Source: Hyphomicrobium sp.
Lineage (GTDB): Bacteria > Pseudomonadota > Alphaproteobacteria > Rhizobiales > Hyphomicrobiaceae
Assembly: GCA_019751875.1 (NCBI GenBank)
Contig: JAIEMV010000001.1
Span: forward strand, 87,991 to 151,990
DNA: 64,000 bases
Reading direction: 5' to 3'
In this document: piece after piece, positions 28,868-37,762 of the stretch
How the letters are laid out: every line of letters starts with the position of its first letter
How positions within the stretch are numbered: the stretch's first letter is position 1
Notes under the pieces: generated by a model
What the model saw: the letters and a program-made list of their open reading frames with translations, nothing else
Told to the model about the DNA's origin: nothing
The model's database searches: none
Made by a program: the position numbers and the translations under genes

Positions 28868-29473
28868 CTAATCTTGCTTCTGCTCATAGGTCTTCAGCAG
28901 TCCCATCTGTGCGATACCGAAGAGCATCGTGAGAGGCATGATGCCAAAGACCTTGAAGCTGACCCACGTATCCGTTGAGAAGTTGCGCCAAACGACTTCG
29001 TTGAGACCGGCCAACAGTACAAAGAATAATCCCCACCGCAAAGTCAGCTGGCGCCAGCCCTCTTCAGTGAGTTTGAACACGTCGCCGAATAAGTGACGGA
29101 GCAGCGAATGTCCTGCGATGAGTCCGCCCAGCAAGACGCTGGCAAAAATGAGGTTTACGATCGTGGGCTTCAGCTTGATGAACTGCTCATCGGCGAGCCA
29201 AAGGGTCATGCCTCCGAAAATTATGACGAAGAACGCCGAGACGAGCGGCATTATCGCCAGCTTTCCGAACATGACGCGAGACGCGATAATTGAAATGGCA
29301 GTGGCGACGATCAGAACGCCAGTGCCCCAGAAAATGCCGGCGCGCGAGTTGACGAAGAAAAACAAAAGCAGCGGACCCAATTCGACCAACAGCTTCCAGA
29401 GTTGCTGAGTATCGACCTCCGGCTCCGAAGACTTTGGGGCTTCTTCCTTGGCAGTCCGCGGATCGGTCATCAC
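28868..29473 (-). CDS. yciB: Intracellular septation protein A (YciB/IspZ), copy 1
   Basis: 201 aa, 5 TM. LVELGPLLLFFFVN...FIKLKPTIVNLIFASVLL...LNEVVWRNFSTDTWVSFKVFG. Confidence 0.85.
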   Translation of the reverse strand: MMTDPRTAKEEAPKSSEPEVDTQQLWKLLVELGPLLLFFFVNSRAGIFWGTGVLIVATAISIIASRVMFGKLAIMPLVSAFFVIIFGGMTLWLADEQFIKLKPTIVNLIFASVLLGGLIAGHSLLRHLFGDVFKLTEEGWRQLTLRWGLFFVLLAGLNEVVWRNFSTDTWVSFKVFGIMPLTMLFGIAQMGLLKTYEQKQD

Positions 29474-29532
29474 AACCTCTCAAACTCAGAAAACAGTGTC
29501 GGCCCGGCTTATTCTAGTGCGGAGGGACCCGC

Positions 29533-30288
29533 TTAGGCTTGCTGATCAGTTCCACGACGGGCTGCCTTGATGTGTTCACTCACCGGCTGAGCCGTCGCCG
29601 CAGCAGCCGCCAGGGTACCCGTGGCGCTTTCGTCATCAGGCGTCGGCAGATGGTGACGCTGCATCCAACGCGTCAATAGCCATGCATAGAGGCCGCTCAG
29701 TGGCATAATGAGCGCTATCTTGAATGCTATCCATATATTTACGCCGCTCATCTCGTGGCCGAAGACGTTGTAGATTTGCGTGTCGTGGAAAGTCAAACGA
29801 ACGACTTCATTCAAGACAGCGGTGAAAACGAAGAACCAGGCGAAGCTGCGTGTGAACGTGTTCCAGCCTTCCTGCGTGTAGTGGAACGTCTTGCCGAAGA
29901 CGTACTGGAAAAAATTTCGGTCAAGCCAGAGGCCAATGAACAGAAACGCCGCGAACATGGCGTTGAAAATCGTCACCTTGATTTGAACCCACATGGGGTC
30001 CCCGGTGATGATCGTCAGTGCCCCGAAAACAATGGTGACGGTGGATGCGATCAACGGAAACACTGGGGGGCGGCCAAACATGTAGAACATGACGACGATG
30101 GCAAGAATCGTCGTCAGGATCAGCGCCCAAGTCCCCGTATTGATGTCGTAGATAGCGTTGACGATGAACATCGTCGCAAGCGGGCCGAACTCGCTCAGGA
30201 TGTTGATCGTCTGCTCGGCGTTGAATGGAAAGAAGCGCCGCTTGCGGGTCATGGATGGAGTGGCTTTCGATTGTGGCGCGTTGATCAT
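29533..30288 (-). CDS. YciB/IspZ-like paralogue, copy 2 (longer and divergent)
   Basis: LSEFGPLATMFIVN...WVQIKVTIFNAMFAAFLF...LNEVVRLTFHDTQ... aligns over its whole length with copy 1 (about 30% identity by eye). Starts 6 nt after the ftsY stop; the ATG at 30252 is an alternative. Confidence 0.75.
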   Translation of the reverse strand: MINAPQSKATPSMTRKRRFFPFNAEQTINILSEFGPLATMFIVNAIYDINTGTWALILTTILAIVVMFYMFGRPPVFPLIASTVTIVFGALTIITGDPMWVQIKVTIFNAMFAAFLFIGLWLDRNFFQYVFGKTFHYTQEGWNTFTRSFAWFFVFTAVLNEVVRLTFHDTQIYNVFGHEMSGVNIWIAFKIALIMPLSGLYAWLLTRWMQRHHLPTPDDESATGTLAAAAATAQPVSEHIKAARRGTDQQA

Positions 30289-30294
30289 GCTCTG

Positions 30295-31452
30295 TCAGGA
30301 CCCGGCAATGGCGTTGGCGAAATCGCGCGCTTGGAATGACTGGAGATCATCGACACTTTCGCCCACGCCGATGGCGTGGATTGGGATCTTGTACTTGGCA
30401 GCGATGGCGACGAGAATGCCACCGCGGGCAGTGCCATCCAATTTGGTCATTACAAGACCGGTGACGCCTGCCCTCTTGCCGAATATCTCTACCTGCTGCA
30501 GGGCGTTTTGACCGGTCGTCGCATCGAGCACGAGCAGGACATCGTGTGGTGCTTCGGCGTCGATTTTTTTCAGAACCCGGGTGACCTTCTCAAGTTCTTC
30601 CATCAGCGCCTGCTTGTTCTGAAGCCGACCTGCCGTGTCGATAATGAGAACATCGACGGCAGAGTCTTGAGCGCGCTTTAGAGCTTCGAAGGCAAGGCCT
30701 GAAGCATCCGAGCCGACGACACTCGACACCACGTCACAGCCGGTGCGCTCGCCCCACACCTTCAACTGATCGATGGCGGCGGCTCGGAAGGTATCGCCGG
30801 CAGCCAGCAGGACGGATTTGCCTTCGCCTTTGAAGCGCGCTGCGAGCTTTCCGATGGTGGTCGTCTTGCCACCGCCGTTGACGCCAACAACGAGTATGAC
30901 ATGCGGCCGGTTTGTAGACGAAACGGTCAAAGGTTTTGCGACGGGGCCAAGGACAGTTTCAACCTCGGAAGCCAAGATCTCACGCACCTCGTCCGCCGAG
31001 ATGCCTTTCTCGAATCGGCCTTTCGAGATGCGGTCGATGATCCGACCAGACGTTTCAACGCCGAGATCAGCTTGAATGAGAAGATCTTCAAGATCTTCGA
31101 GAGTGGCGCCGTCCAGCTTGCGCTTGGTGAAGAGCCCTGTGATGCCATCTGTTAGCTTGGACGATGTGCGCGTTAGACCCGACTTGAGACGTTGAAACCA
31201 CGATTTCGGTGAATCGGTCGGTTCCATGTCCCGCACCGTGATCACTGCGGCAGGTGTTGGTGCATCTGCGGGCGGAGAACTTTGCAACGGTTCAGGCGCG
31301 TCCAAAGCCCCGCGTTCATCCTCCGGCAGTATCTGCGCCTCTTCACGCGCAACAAGGTCAGCGTCCGGTACAGAGGTGTCAGGAGCATCGGTCTTGCTGC
31401 CGAACAATCGCCCGAACAACCCCGGCTTCTTTTTCTGGGCTTCGTTTGTCAC
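30295..31452 (-). CDS. ftsY: Signal recognition particle receptor FtsY
   Basis: An acidic N-terminus followed by the NG domain: VILVVGVNGGGKTTTIGKLA, LLAAGDTFRAAAIDQL, IIDTAGRL, VMTKLDGTARGG. Confidence 0.95.
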   Translation of the reverse strand: MTNEAQKKKPGLFGRLFGSKTDAPDTSVPDADLVAREEAQILPEDERGALDAPEPLQSSPPADAPTPAAVITVRDMEPTDSPKSWFQRLKSGLTRTSSKLTDGITGLFTKRKLDGATLEDLEDLLIQADLGVETSGRIIDRISKGRFEKGISADEVREILASEVETVLGPVAKPLTVSSTNRPHVILVVGVNGGGKTTTIGKLAARFKGEGKSVLLAAGDTFRAAAIDQLKVWGERTGCDVVSSVVGSDASGLAFEALKRAQDSAVDVLIIDTAGRLQNKQALMEELEKVTRVLKKIDAEAPHDVLLVLDATTGQNALQQVEIFGKRAGVTGLVMTKLDGTARGGILVAIAAKYKIPIHAIGVGESVDDLQSFQARDFANAIAGS

Positions 31453-31811
31453 GCCCTGACCTCAACTTTCGAACTTGATTTGCCGGCGGTGCTTTGGCAC
31501 GGGAACCAGATCGGTGGTTTCCCGATCCGGTTCGATCCGTCATGGCCTACAATGTTGACGTTCAATGTGACACCTGCAACCGCGCGTGCGGCTATGGCAA
31601 TGTTTGCAAATTGACGCGCACACCGGTTGCGGCTCGCCCCCCCTATATCAAGCACTGTCGCGACCTTCCTGACGCAATCTCGAATAACGCGCCATAACGA
31701 TCTTGGCGTAGCGCTGCGGCATTCGGGCCGACATAATCGAAGTGTGCGGCATCGGGAGATTAAGGCAGGTGGGCCGGCTTGTGGGCGACAACCAAGCGCA
31801 TTGACTGTGCT

Positions 31812-32693
31812 TTAGTCGCCAGCAGCCTCTGCGGGTAGGCCAACCCAATCATCTTCGTACTCATGCTCGACAGGGCCGGTCATCAGAATTCGATTGCTGT
31901 CTGTCCACTTGATCATCAGCGGACCGCCTGGCAAGACGACGGTAACGGTGCGGTCGACGAGCTTTTTTCGCATCGCGGCGACGGCGGCCGCGCAGGCCGC
32001 GGTGCCGCAGGCCTGGGTTAAGCCGGTTCCGCGCTCCCAGACGCGCAGGCGGATTTCCCTGCGCGACCGAACTTCGGCGAGCGAGATGTTTGCGCGCTGA
32101 GGAAAAAGCGGGTGGTTCTCTAGAAGCGGACCGAGGCGGGCAAGGTCGTAAGCGTCTGCGTCGTCCACCCAGAAGATCGCGTGCGGGTTGCCGACATTGA
32201 CGACTGATGGCGAATGCAGGATGGGCGCGTCGATCGGACCAATCTGGAGTTCGATACCACGTGTGTCATGGAACGGTTCGGAGAGCGGGATCTCGTTCCA
32301 CGCAAAACGTGGCTCGCCCATATCGACGGTGATGCTGTCGATGTTCGCTACGTTCACGTTCAGCAGGCCCGCCTTCGTCTCGAACGCTACGTTTGCCCGC
32401 CCGGTCTTCTGGCACTCCAACCAGCCGATACACCGTGTTCCGTTGCCACACGCAGCGCTTTCCGAACCATCCGCATTGAAGATGGTGACGTAGGCGTCAG
32501 TGCTCGCCGTTCGATGCGGTTGAAGCACCATCATTTGATCGAAATGAGAGCGCGGGGCAGCAGCCATGGCGCGGGCGATGGCAGATGAAATGTTGATCTT
32601 CGACGTGCGTGTATCCACGACGACAATCTCGTTTCCGAGGCCGTTCATTTTATGGAAGTGTATGCGCTGTGCGGCGCCTGCCGAAACGTTCAT
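31812..32693 (-). CDS. dapF: Diaminopimelate epimerase
   Basis: [26 protein letters not shown] and QACGTAACA carry the two catalytic Cys. Start at MNVSAGAAQ (ATG at 32693). Confidence 0.9.
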   Translation of the reverse strand: MNVSAGAAQRIHFHKMNGLGNEIVVVDTRTSKINISSAIARAMAAAPRSHFDQMMVLQPHRTASTDAYVTIFNADGSESAACGNGTRCIGWLECQKTGRANVAFETKAGLLNVNVANIDSITVDMGEPRFAWNEIPLSEPFHDTRGIELQIGPIDAPILHSPSVVNVGNPHAIFWVDDADAYDLARLGPLLENHPLFPQRANISLAEVRSRREIRLRVWERGTGLTQACGTAACAAAVAAMRKKLVDRTVTVVLPGGPLMIKWTDSNRILMTGPVEHEYEDDWVGLPAEAAGD

Positions 32694-32832
32694 GTGGGCT
32701 ATATGGCCGAGGCGCCCGAAAAACACAAATGGCCGCGCGACTGAACATGCCGCGTCGCGGCGCGGTGTTGCGGCGCGGCAGCTTGGTGCCTATCTGCCAA
32801 TCCGAACCGATGATCCATGACTGGAGCCCATT

Positions 32833-33990
32833 ATGAGCCGTCGCCGGAACATGATTTTGGTTGCAACGGTGATAGCCTTTACCGCTGGGCCGGCGAGCGC
32901 CGCCCAGACTGATGCGCCAAAACCAGCCAAAGAGAGCCGCGTTAAGGCTGAGACCGTCGCCAAGGGGCTGGCCAGCCCGTGGGGCCTGCAGTTCTTGCCC
33001 GACGGACGGATGCTAGTGACGGAGAAGCCTGGACGACTGCGCATCGTAACGCGCGACGGTAAGGTCGGGGCCGCCATTTCAGGCGTGCCGAAGGTGTTTG
33101 CAACCGGACAGGGGGGCCTTTTGGACGTTCTGCTCGCTACAGATTTTGGTCCGCGGGGTGGAGATATCTACCTTTCTTTTTCGGAACCGCGTGAGGATGG
33201 CGCAGCAGCAACGGCTGTTGCGCGCGCTCGACTGACGCTTGATGATACAGGCGGCGGGACTCTTTCGGGTCTGGAGACCATTTTCCAGCAGCAACCGGCC
33301 GTTGCTAAGTCAGGCAATCACTTCGGATCACGGCTCGTGTGGGCGCCGGATCGGTCGTTGTTTGTGACCACCGGGGATCGCGGCTCGGCTCGGTCCGAGG
33401 TGCAGAAGCCCGATACGACAATCGGCAAGGTCCTCAATTTGAAACCCGATGGGTCGCCCGCGCATTCGCAGCCGGCCCAGCCCGGCTGGGACCCGAAGAT
33501 CTGGTCCCTTGGACATCGCAACATCCAGGGTGCGGCGCTTGATCCGGCAACAGGCGAACTGTGGACCGTGGAGCACGGCGCGCGCGGAGGCGACGAACTC
33601 AATCTCACCAAACGAGGCAAGAATTACGGTTGGCCAATCATCACCTATTCGAACGAGTACTTTGGTGGCGCCATTGGGGAAGGCACGTCCCGCCCCGGTA
33701 TCGAGCAGCCGGTGTACTATTGGGTTCCTTCGATCGCGACATCGGGGCTTGCGATCTATTCCGGTGACCTTTTCCCTGAATGGAAGGGAAACATTTTCGT
33801 TGGTGGTTTGAAGGGGGCTCAGCTTTCACGGCTGGTGCTCAAGAATGGGGAAGTGGTCGCGGAAGAAACGCTGTTGCGAGACCTCGATCAACGCATCCGT
33901 GATGTTCGCCAAGGTCCGGACGGCGCGCTCTGGCTGCTGACGGACGATCCGCGCGACGGACAGATTGTCCGGCTGTCACCGGCTTCGTGA
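32833..33990 (+). CDS. PQQ-dependent sugar dehydrogenase (soluble aldose/sorbosone dehydrogenase, YliI-like)
   Basis: Signal peptide, then GLASPWGLQFLPDGRMLVTEKPGRLRIV, HFGSRLVW, GHRNIQGAALDP, GGDELN...GKNYGWP. Confidence 0.85.
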   Translation: MSRRRNMILVATVIAFTAGPASAAQTDAPKPAKESRVKAETVAKGLASPWGLQFLPDGRMLVTEKPGRLRIVTRDGKVGAAISGVPKVFATGQGGLLDVLLATDFGPRGGDIYLSFSEPREDGAAATAVARARLTLDDTGGGTLSGLETIFQQQPAVAKSGNHFGSRLVWAPDRSLFVTTGDRGSARSEVQKPDTTIGKVLNLKPDGSPAHSQPAQPGWDPKIWSLGHRNIQGAALDPATGELWTVEHGARGGDELNLTKRGKNYGWPIITYSNEYFGGAIGEGTSRPGIEQPVYYWVPSIATSGLAIYSGDLFPEWKGNIFVGGLKGAQLSRLVLKNGEVVAEETLLRDLDQRIRDVRQGPDGALWLLTDDPRDGQIVRLSPAS

Positions 33991-33996
33991 CAAAGC

Positions 33997-34521
33997 TCAG
34001 CGCCCGCTTGGTACCTGCTGATCGGTGTTCGGGGCTGTTCCGCCCTTGGGTGCATCAACTTGGAGAACGCGTACGGACTCGTTGCGGTCAATGCGGCAGT
34101 CGCCATTTTTGTCGAGCTGCTTGAAAGCCGCGTTCTGCTTGCCCGTGAGTTCCTCCACGGTCACTTTGCCATCGCCGTTGGCGTCAAAGTAGGACCGGTC
34201 TGCGACACTGAAAAGCTGATCGGTTTTAGCCATTTGCTTGAATTCGGCGTCGTCGAGTGAACCGTCGCCGTTGCCATCGGACTCGCGCAAGAGGGTTGCG
34301 AGGTAATTCTTCCATTCGTCGCAGGTGACGGTGCCATCCTTGTCAAAGTCCCAGGTTTGGGCGGCGCCAATAAACGTGCGATCGATGCTGGACGTCGAAC
34401 CGAATGGCGATCCTCCGGTCAATGAGGGCACGGAACTGCAGCCGCACATGGAGGCTGCTACGACCATCACGGCGGCGAGCGGCCGGAGCCTGGTTTTAGG
34501 CGGCGCAAATCGCGTCATCAT
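33997..34521 (-). CDS. Periplasmic lipoprotein with four EF-hand calcium-binding loops
   Basis: Lipobox-like AASMCGC|SS. Loops are DFDKDGTVTCDE, DGNGDGSLDDAE, DANGDGKVTVEE and DKNGDCRIDRNE (all D-x-[DN]-x-D-x-x-x-x-x-x-E). Confidence 0.8.
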   Translation of the reverse strand: MMTRFAPPKTRLRPLAAVMVVAASMCGCSSVPSLTGGSPFGSTSSIDRTFIGAAQTWDFDKDGTVTCDEWKNYLATLLRESDGNGDGSLDDAEFKQMAKTDQLFSVADRSYFDANGDGKVTVEELTGKQNAAFKQLDKNGDCRIDRNESVRVLQVDAPKGGTAPNTDQQVPSGR

Positions 34522-34915
34522 TTCCCCCAGCGGAGCGCTTCAGGGCAGGACCCCACACACACCGTTTATCCCCGCTGTTTGCCTATCCCGGGTTCCGGCT
34601 TCAGAGCAATCGTCTGAACATCACTTCTCGAGTTGCTAACGGGAGAATTGCGGCATTCGCGTGGGGATGACAGGCTGGCGGACTCACGTGAAACTACCGG
34701 AGTCAGTTGCACGTACATGATTCAATGGATACATTGTCTCTTCGCACGAGGTTGACATGGGGAGCCGCTTCCCCGATTGTCCCACGAAATCCGGCCCTGA
34801 CATCCAGAGCCGCCGACCGGTCCATGCTCCCACCTGGAGCTGAAGTCCGGAGGTCAACATCCGACGGTGCGATGCACTCTCGGGTGATGTCGTCATTTGT
34901 TTGTTGGGATCTTCA

Positions 34916-36502
34916 ATGTTCCAAAGCCTCTCGGATCGGTTGTCCGGTGTCCTGGACAAGCTTCGCGGCCGTGGTGCGCTGACCGACAGCGACGTCGCGG
35001 AGGCGATGCGCGAGGTGCGTCGTGCGCTGCTCGAGGCCGACGTCGCACTCGAGGTCGTGAAGGATTTCACCGACGCAGTGAAGGTGAAGGCCGTCGGCGC
35101 GGATGTCGTAAAGTCGGTCACCCCTGGCCAGATGGTCGTCAAGATCGTCAACGACGAGCTGGTTCGCATCCTGGGTTCGGATGCCGATCCGATCAATCTC
35201 GCTGCTGTCCCGCCCGTTGCCATCCTCATGGTCGGTCTGCAGGGCTCAGGCAAGACGACAACAACCGCGAAAATCGCCTACCGCCTAACGAACCGAGACC
35301 GCAAAAAGGTCTTGATGGCGTCGCTTGACACGCGTCGTCCTGCTGCGCAGGAGCAGTTGCGCGTGCTGGGTGAGCAAACGAGCGTCGCGACATTGCCGAT
35401 CATCGCCGGGCAGACGCCGCTACAGATTGCCGACCGCGCCATTACGGCAGCGAAACTCGGCGGGTACGATGTGGTGATCCTCGACACTGCTGGCCGCATC
35501 ACGCTCGACGAAGAGTTGATGCAGGAAGTGGCGGAGGTGAAGGCGGCGACGAATCCACACGAAGTGCTGCTCGTCGTCGACAGTCTCACGGGTCAGGATG
35601 CCGTGAACACCGCAAAAGCGTTCGATACGCGACTGTCGATCACTGGCACCGTTCTGACGCGCGCAGACGGCGACGGCCGCGGCGGTGCCGCGCTCTCCAT
35701 GCGTGCCGTTACCGGCAAGCCGATCAAGTTGATCGGTGTCGGCGAGAAGTGGGATGCGCTGGAGGATTTCGATCCCAAGCGCATCGCAGGCCGCATTCTG
35801 GGAATGGGCGACATCGTCGGCCTTGTTGAAAAAGCGGCACAGAACCTCGACATCGAAAAGGCGACGAAAATCGCCCAAAAGATGAAGAAGGGCGAGTTTG
35901 ATCTGGAGGACCTCTCGGAGCAGCTCAAGCAGATGGAGAAGCTGGGGGGCGCCGGCGGCATCATGGGTATGCTGCCCGGCATCGGAAAGCTGAAGAATCA
36001 GATCAACGAAAGCGGCTTCAACAAAGACGTCGTGCGCCAGCGGGCGATCATTTCGTCGATGACGCCAAAGGAGCGGCGGCTGCCGAAGGTTCTCGATGCC
36101 AAGCGCAAGCGACGCATCGCAGCCGGTTCAGGGACTCGAGTCGAAGACATCAACAAGCTTCTGAAGATGCACCGCCAGATGGCGGACATGATGAAGACCA
36201 TGGGCCGGAACCCCGGAATGATGGCGAAAATGGCTGGTGCACTTGGCATCTCGCCAATGGGCGGAATGGGTAAGGGGCCGAGCGAAGCCGAACTCTTGAA
36301 GATGCAGGAAGAGTTGGCGGCGCTAGATCCGAAAGCACTGGAACAGCTGCCACCGGAACTGAAGGCGTCGCTGCCGAAAGGACTCCCTGGTTTGGGCGGA
36401 GGACCGCTTGGCGGCAAGGGTTTGCCGGGCCTCGGTGGTGGTGGGCTTCCGGGGCTCGGTGGTGCGCCGCGCTTCCCCGGCCTGCCGGGCAAGAAGAAGT
36501 AG
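34916..36502 (+). CDS. ffh: Signal recognition particle protein Ffh
   Basis: MFQSLSDRLSGVLDKLRGRG, MVGLQGSGKTTTTAKIA, DTAGR, LTRADGDGRGGAALS, and a Met-rich M domain. The C-terminal tail is Gly/Pro/Leu-rich (GLPGLGGG repeats). Confidence 0.95.
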   Translation: MFQSLSDRLSGVLDKLRGRGALTDSDVAEAMREVRRALLEADVALEVVKDFTDAVKVKAVGADVVKSVTPGQMVVKIVNDELVRILGSDADPINLAAVPPVAILMVGLQGSGKTTTTAKIAYRLTNRDRKKVLMASLDTRRPAAQEQLRVLGEQTSVATLPIIAGQTPLQIADRAITAAKLGGYDVVILDTAGRITLDEELMQEVAEVKAATNPHEVLLVVDSLTGQDAVNTAKAFDTRLSITGTVLTRADGDGRGGAALSMRAVTGKPIKLIGVGEKWDALEDFDPKRIAGRILGMGDIVGLVEKAAQNLDIEKATKIAQKMKKGEFDLEDLSEQLKQMEKLGGAGGIMGMLPGIGKLKNQINESGFNKDVVRQRAIISSMTPKERRLPKVLDAKRKRRIAAGSGTRVEDINKLLKMHRQMADMMKTMGRNPGMMAKMAGALGISPMGGMGKGPSEAELLKMQEELAALDPKALEQLPPELKASLPKGLPGLGGGPLGGKGLPGLGGGGLPGLGGAPRFPGLPGKKK

Positions 36503-36515
36503 CGGGATCGCCATC

Positions 36516-36962
36516 ATGTATCCCGAGCAGCTCGGCGAAGTCTGGAAGATCGCGATCCCGTTGTCGACGCTGATGATGGCTTTCGCATCGGCGCTTTTCG
36601 GCTTTCTCGCTTGGCGCGGCGAGGGGGCACGACGGCGTGCGGAGGCGCGGCGGCAGCGATTAGAATCAACCGTCGATGATCTGGCGGAACTCTTCGCCGC
36701 TATCCCCCACAGCCCGGTGAAGTGGGATCAATCATTTACCGAGTCGTTCGTCGAGAAGGTCTGCAAGGTGGACTTCAAGATCAACGACGACAACCCGCAT
36801 TCGGACGAACTCGTCCGTGCGATTCAGAACATCCTTCCGCGGAACGCGCAGAACCGCGATGAGGAGCACATGGCGAAGTACAACGCGGCCAGGGCGGTTG
36901 CGAAGAAGTACCTCGACTTGGAGTGGAAGCGATTCAAGAGCGAAACCGGAACCAAGAGCTGA
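36516..36962 (+). CDS. Hypothetical N-terminally membrane-anchored protein inserted between ffh and rpsP
   Basis: 148 aa. One TM helix (IAIPLSTLMMAFASALFGFLAW), then a charged helical cytoplasmic part. The ATG is 14 nt after the ffh stop. I recognise no family. Confidence 0.6.
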   Translation: MYPEQLGEVWKIAIPLSTLMMAFASALFGFLAWRGEGARRRAEARRQRLESTVDDLAELFAAIPHSPVKWDQSFTESFVEKVCKVDFKINDDNPHSDELVRAIQNILPRNAQNRDEEHMAKYNAARAVAKKYLDLEWKRFKSETGTKS

Positions 36963-36980
36963 ATTGGAAAGGACGACACT

Positions 36981-37343
36981 ATGGCTGCAAAGATCCGTTT
37001 ATCACGTGGTGGCGCGAAGAAGCGTCCCTATTACTATATCGTCGTTGCGCACACGACATCGCCGCGCGACGGCCGCTACATCGAGCAGATCGGAACCTTC
37101 GATCCGATGCTGAAGAGGGACAATCCCGAACGGGTGAAGCTCAACGTGGAGCGAGCAAAGCATTGGCTCGGCGTCGGTGCCCAGCCGACGGATCGCGTGG
37201 CGCGGTTCCTTGACGCCGCCGGTCTTCTGAAGCGTACGCCGGTTAAGAGCGTGCAGAAGGCATTGCCGAAGAAGAAGGCGCAGGAGCGCGCTGCGGCAGC
37301 CGCCGAAAAGGCGGCGAAGGCTGCCGAGGCTGCTGCCGGCTGA
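36981..37343 (+). CDS. rpsP: 30S ribosomal protein S16 (with Ala/Lys-rich C-terminal extension)
   Basis: [42 protein letters not shown]. Confidence 0.95.
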   Translation: MAAKIRLSRGGAKKRPYYYIVVAHTTSPRDGRYIEQIGTFDPMLKRDNPERVKLNVERAKHWLGVGAQPTDRVARFLDAAGLLKRTPVKSVQKALPKKKAQERAAAAAEKAAKAAEAAAG

Positions 37344-37373
37344 CCAAAGCCTTATTGCCTCGAGATTTGGAAA

Positions 37374-37397
37374 GGGAGCCTCGTGCTCCCTTTTTTC
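37374..37397 (+). terminator. Rho-independent terminator directly after rpsP
   Basis: GGGAGC-CTCGT-GCTCCC followed by TTTTTTCT. Confidence 0.8.
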
Positions 37398-37449
37398 TCG
37401 TCCCGGTTTCGGCAACAGTCAAGCGGTTGTCCTATTGGAGTGTACGCCG

Positions 37450-37698
37450 GTGATCTTGGGGCTCGACGTCGTTGCGATGCTGGCGGCTTTCGCCTCGTCC
37501 CTTCTGTGGTTTAAGGCGAGCGGAAAATCGCTTCGGCGAGTCCACAAGGGCGAAGCGCTCGACGAGCATGATCTCAATCGGATCGTCATCGCATTCAACC
37601 GCAATCAGATCTTGAACGGCCGAGCGGCGCTGGCGACTGCGATTTCGGCTCTGGCGGTGGGCGCTCGATTTCTTGCACAACTTCTCGGCTACACCTAA
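37450..37698 (+). CDS. Small two-TM membrane protein of unknown function
   Basis: (V)ILGLDVVAMLAAFASSLLWFKASGKSLRRVHKGEALDEHDLNRIVIAFNRNQILNGRAALATAISALAVGARFLAQLLGYT. The GTG at 37450 has a GGAG SD 9 nt upstream. Alternatives are the TTG at 37435 (ORF track) and the ATG at 37492. Third-position GC looks coding-like. Confidence 0.5.
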   Translation: MILGLDVVAMLAAFASSLLWFKASGKSLRRVHKGEALDEHDLNRIVIAFNRNQILNGRAALATAISALAVGARFLAQLLGYT

Positions 37699-37762
37699 TT
37701 CCTTACATTTCTTCGGGAAATTTAGCGTGTTCAGTTGGCCCAGCTTTTGCTGAACCCTGATC

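Noticed and set aside
31453-31811. A 359-nt gene-free gap between dapF and ftsY, as a possible pseudogene remnant or ncRNA.
   Set aside because: None of the frames gives a recognisable protein fragment (for example, no radical-SAM CxxxCxxC). I found no convincing conserved-looking structure or promoter/terminator pair.
33997-34521. Calling the 4-EF-hand lipoprotein a lanmodulin.
   Set aside because: Lanmodulin EF loops carry Pro at position 2 (D-P-D-x-D-G). None of the four loops here does.
34680-34695. parS-like sequence GGACTCACGTGAAACT upstream of ffh, and a search for parS near parB and parA.
   Set aside because: It matches only 12 of 16 positions of TGTTTCACGTGAAACA, and the left half is degenerate. 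I found no better match anywhere in 60-64 kb, so any parS sites probably lie outside the window.
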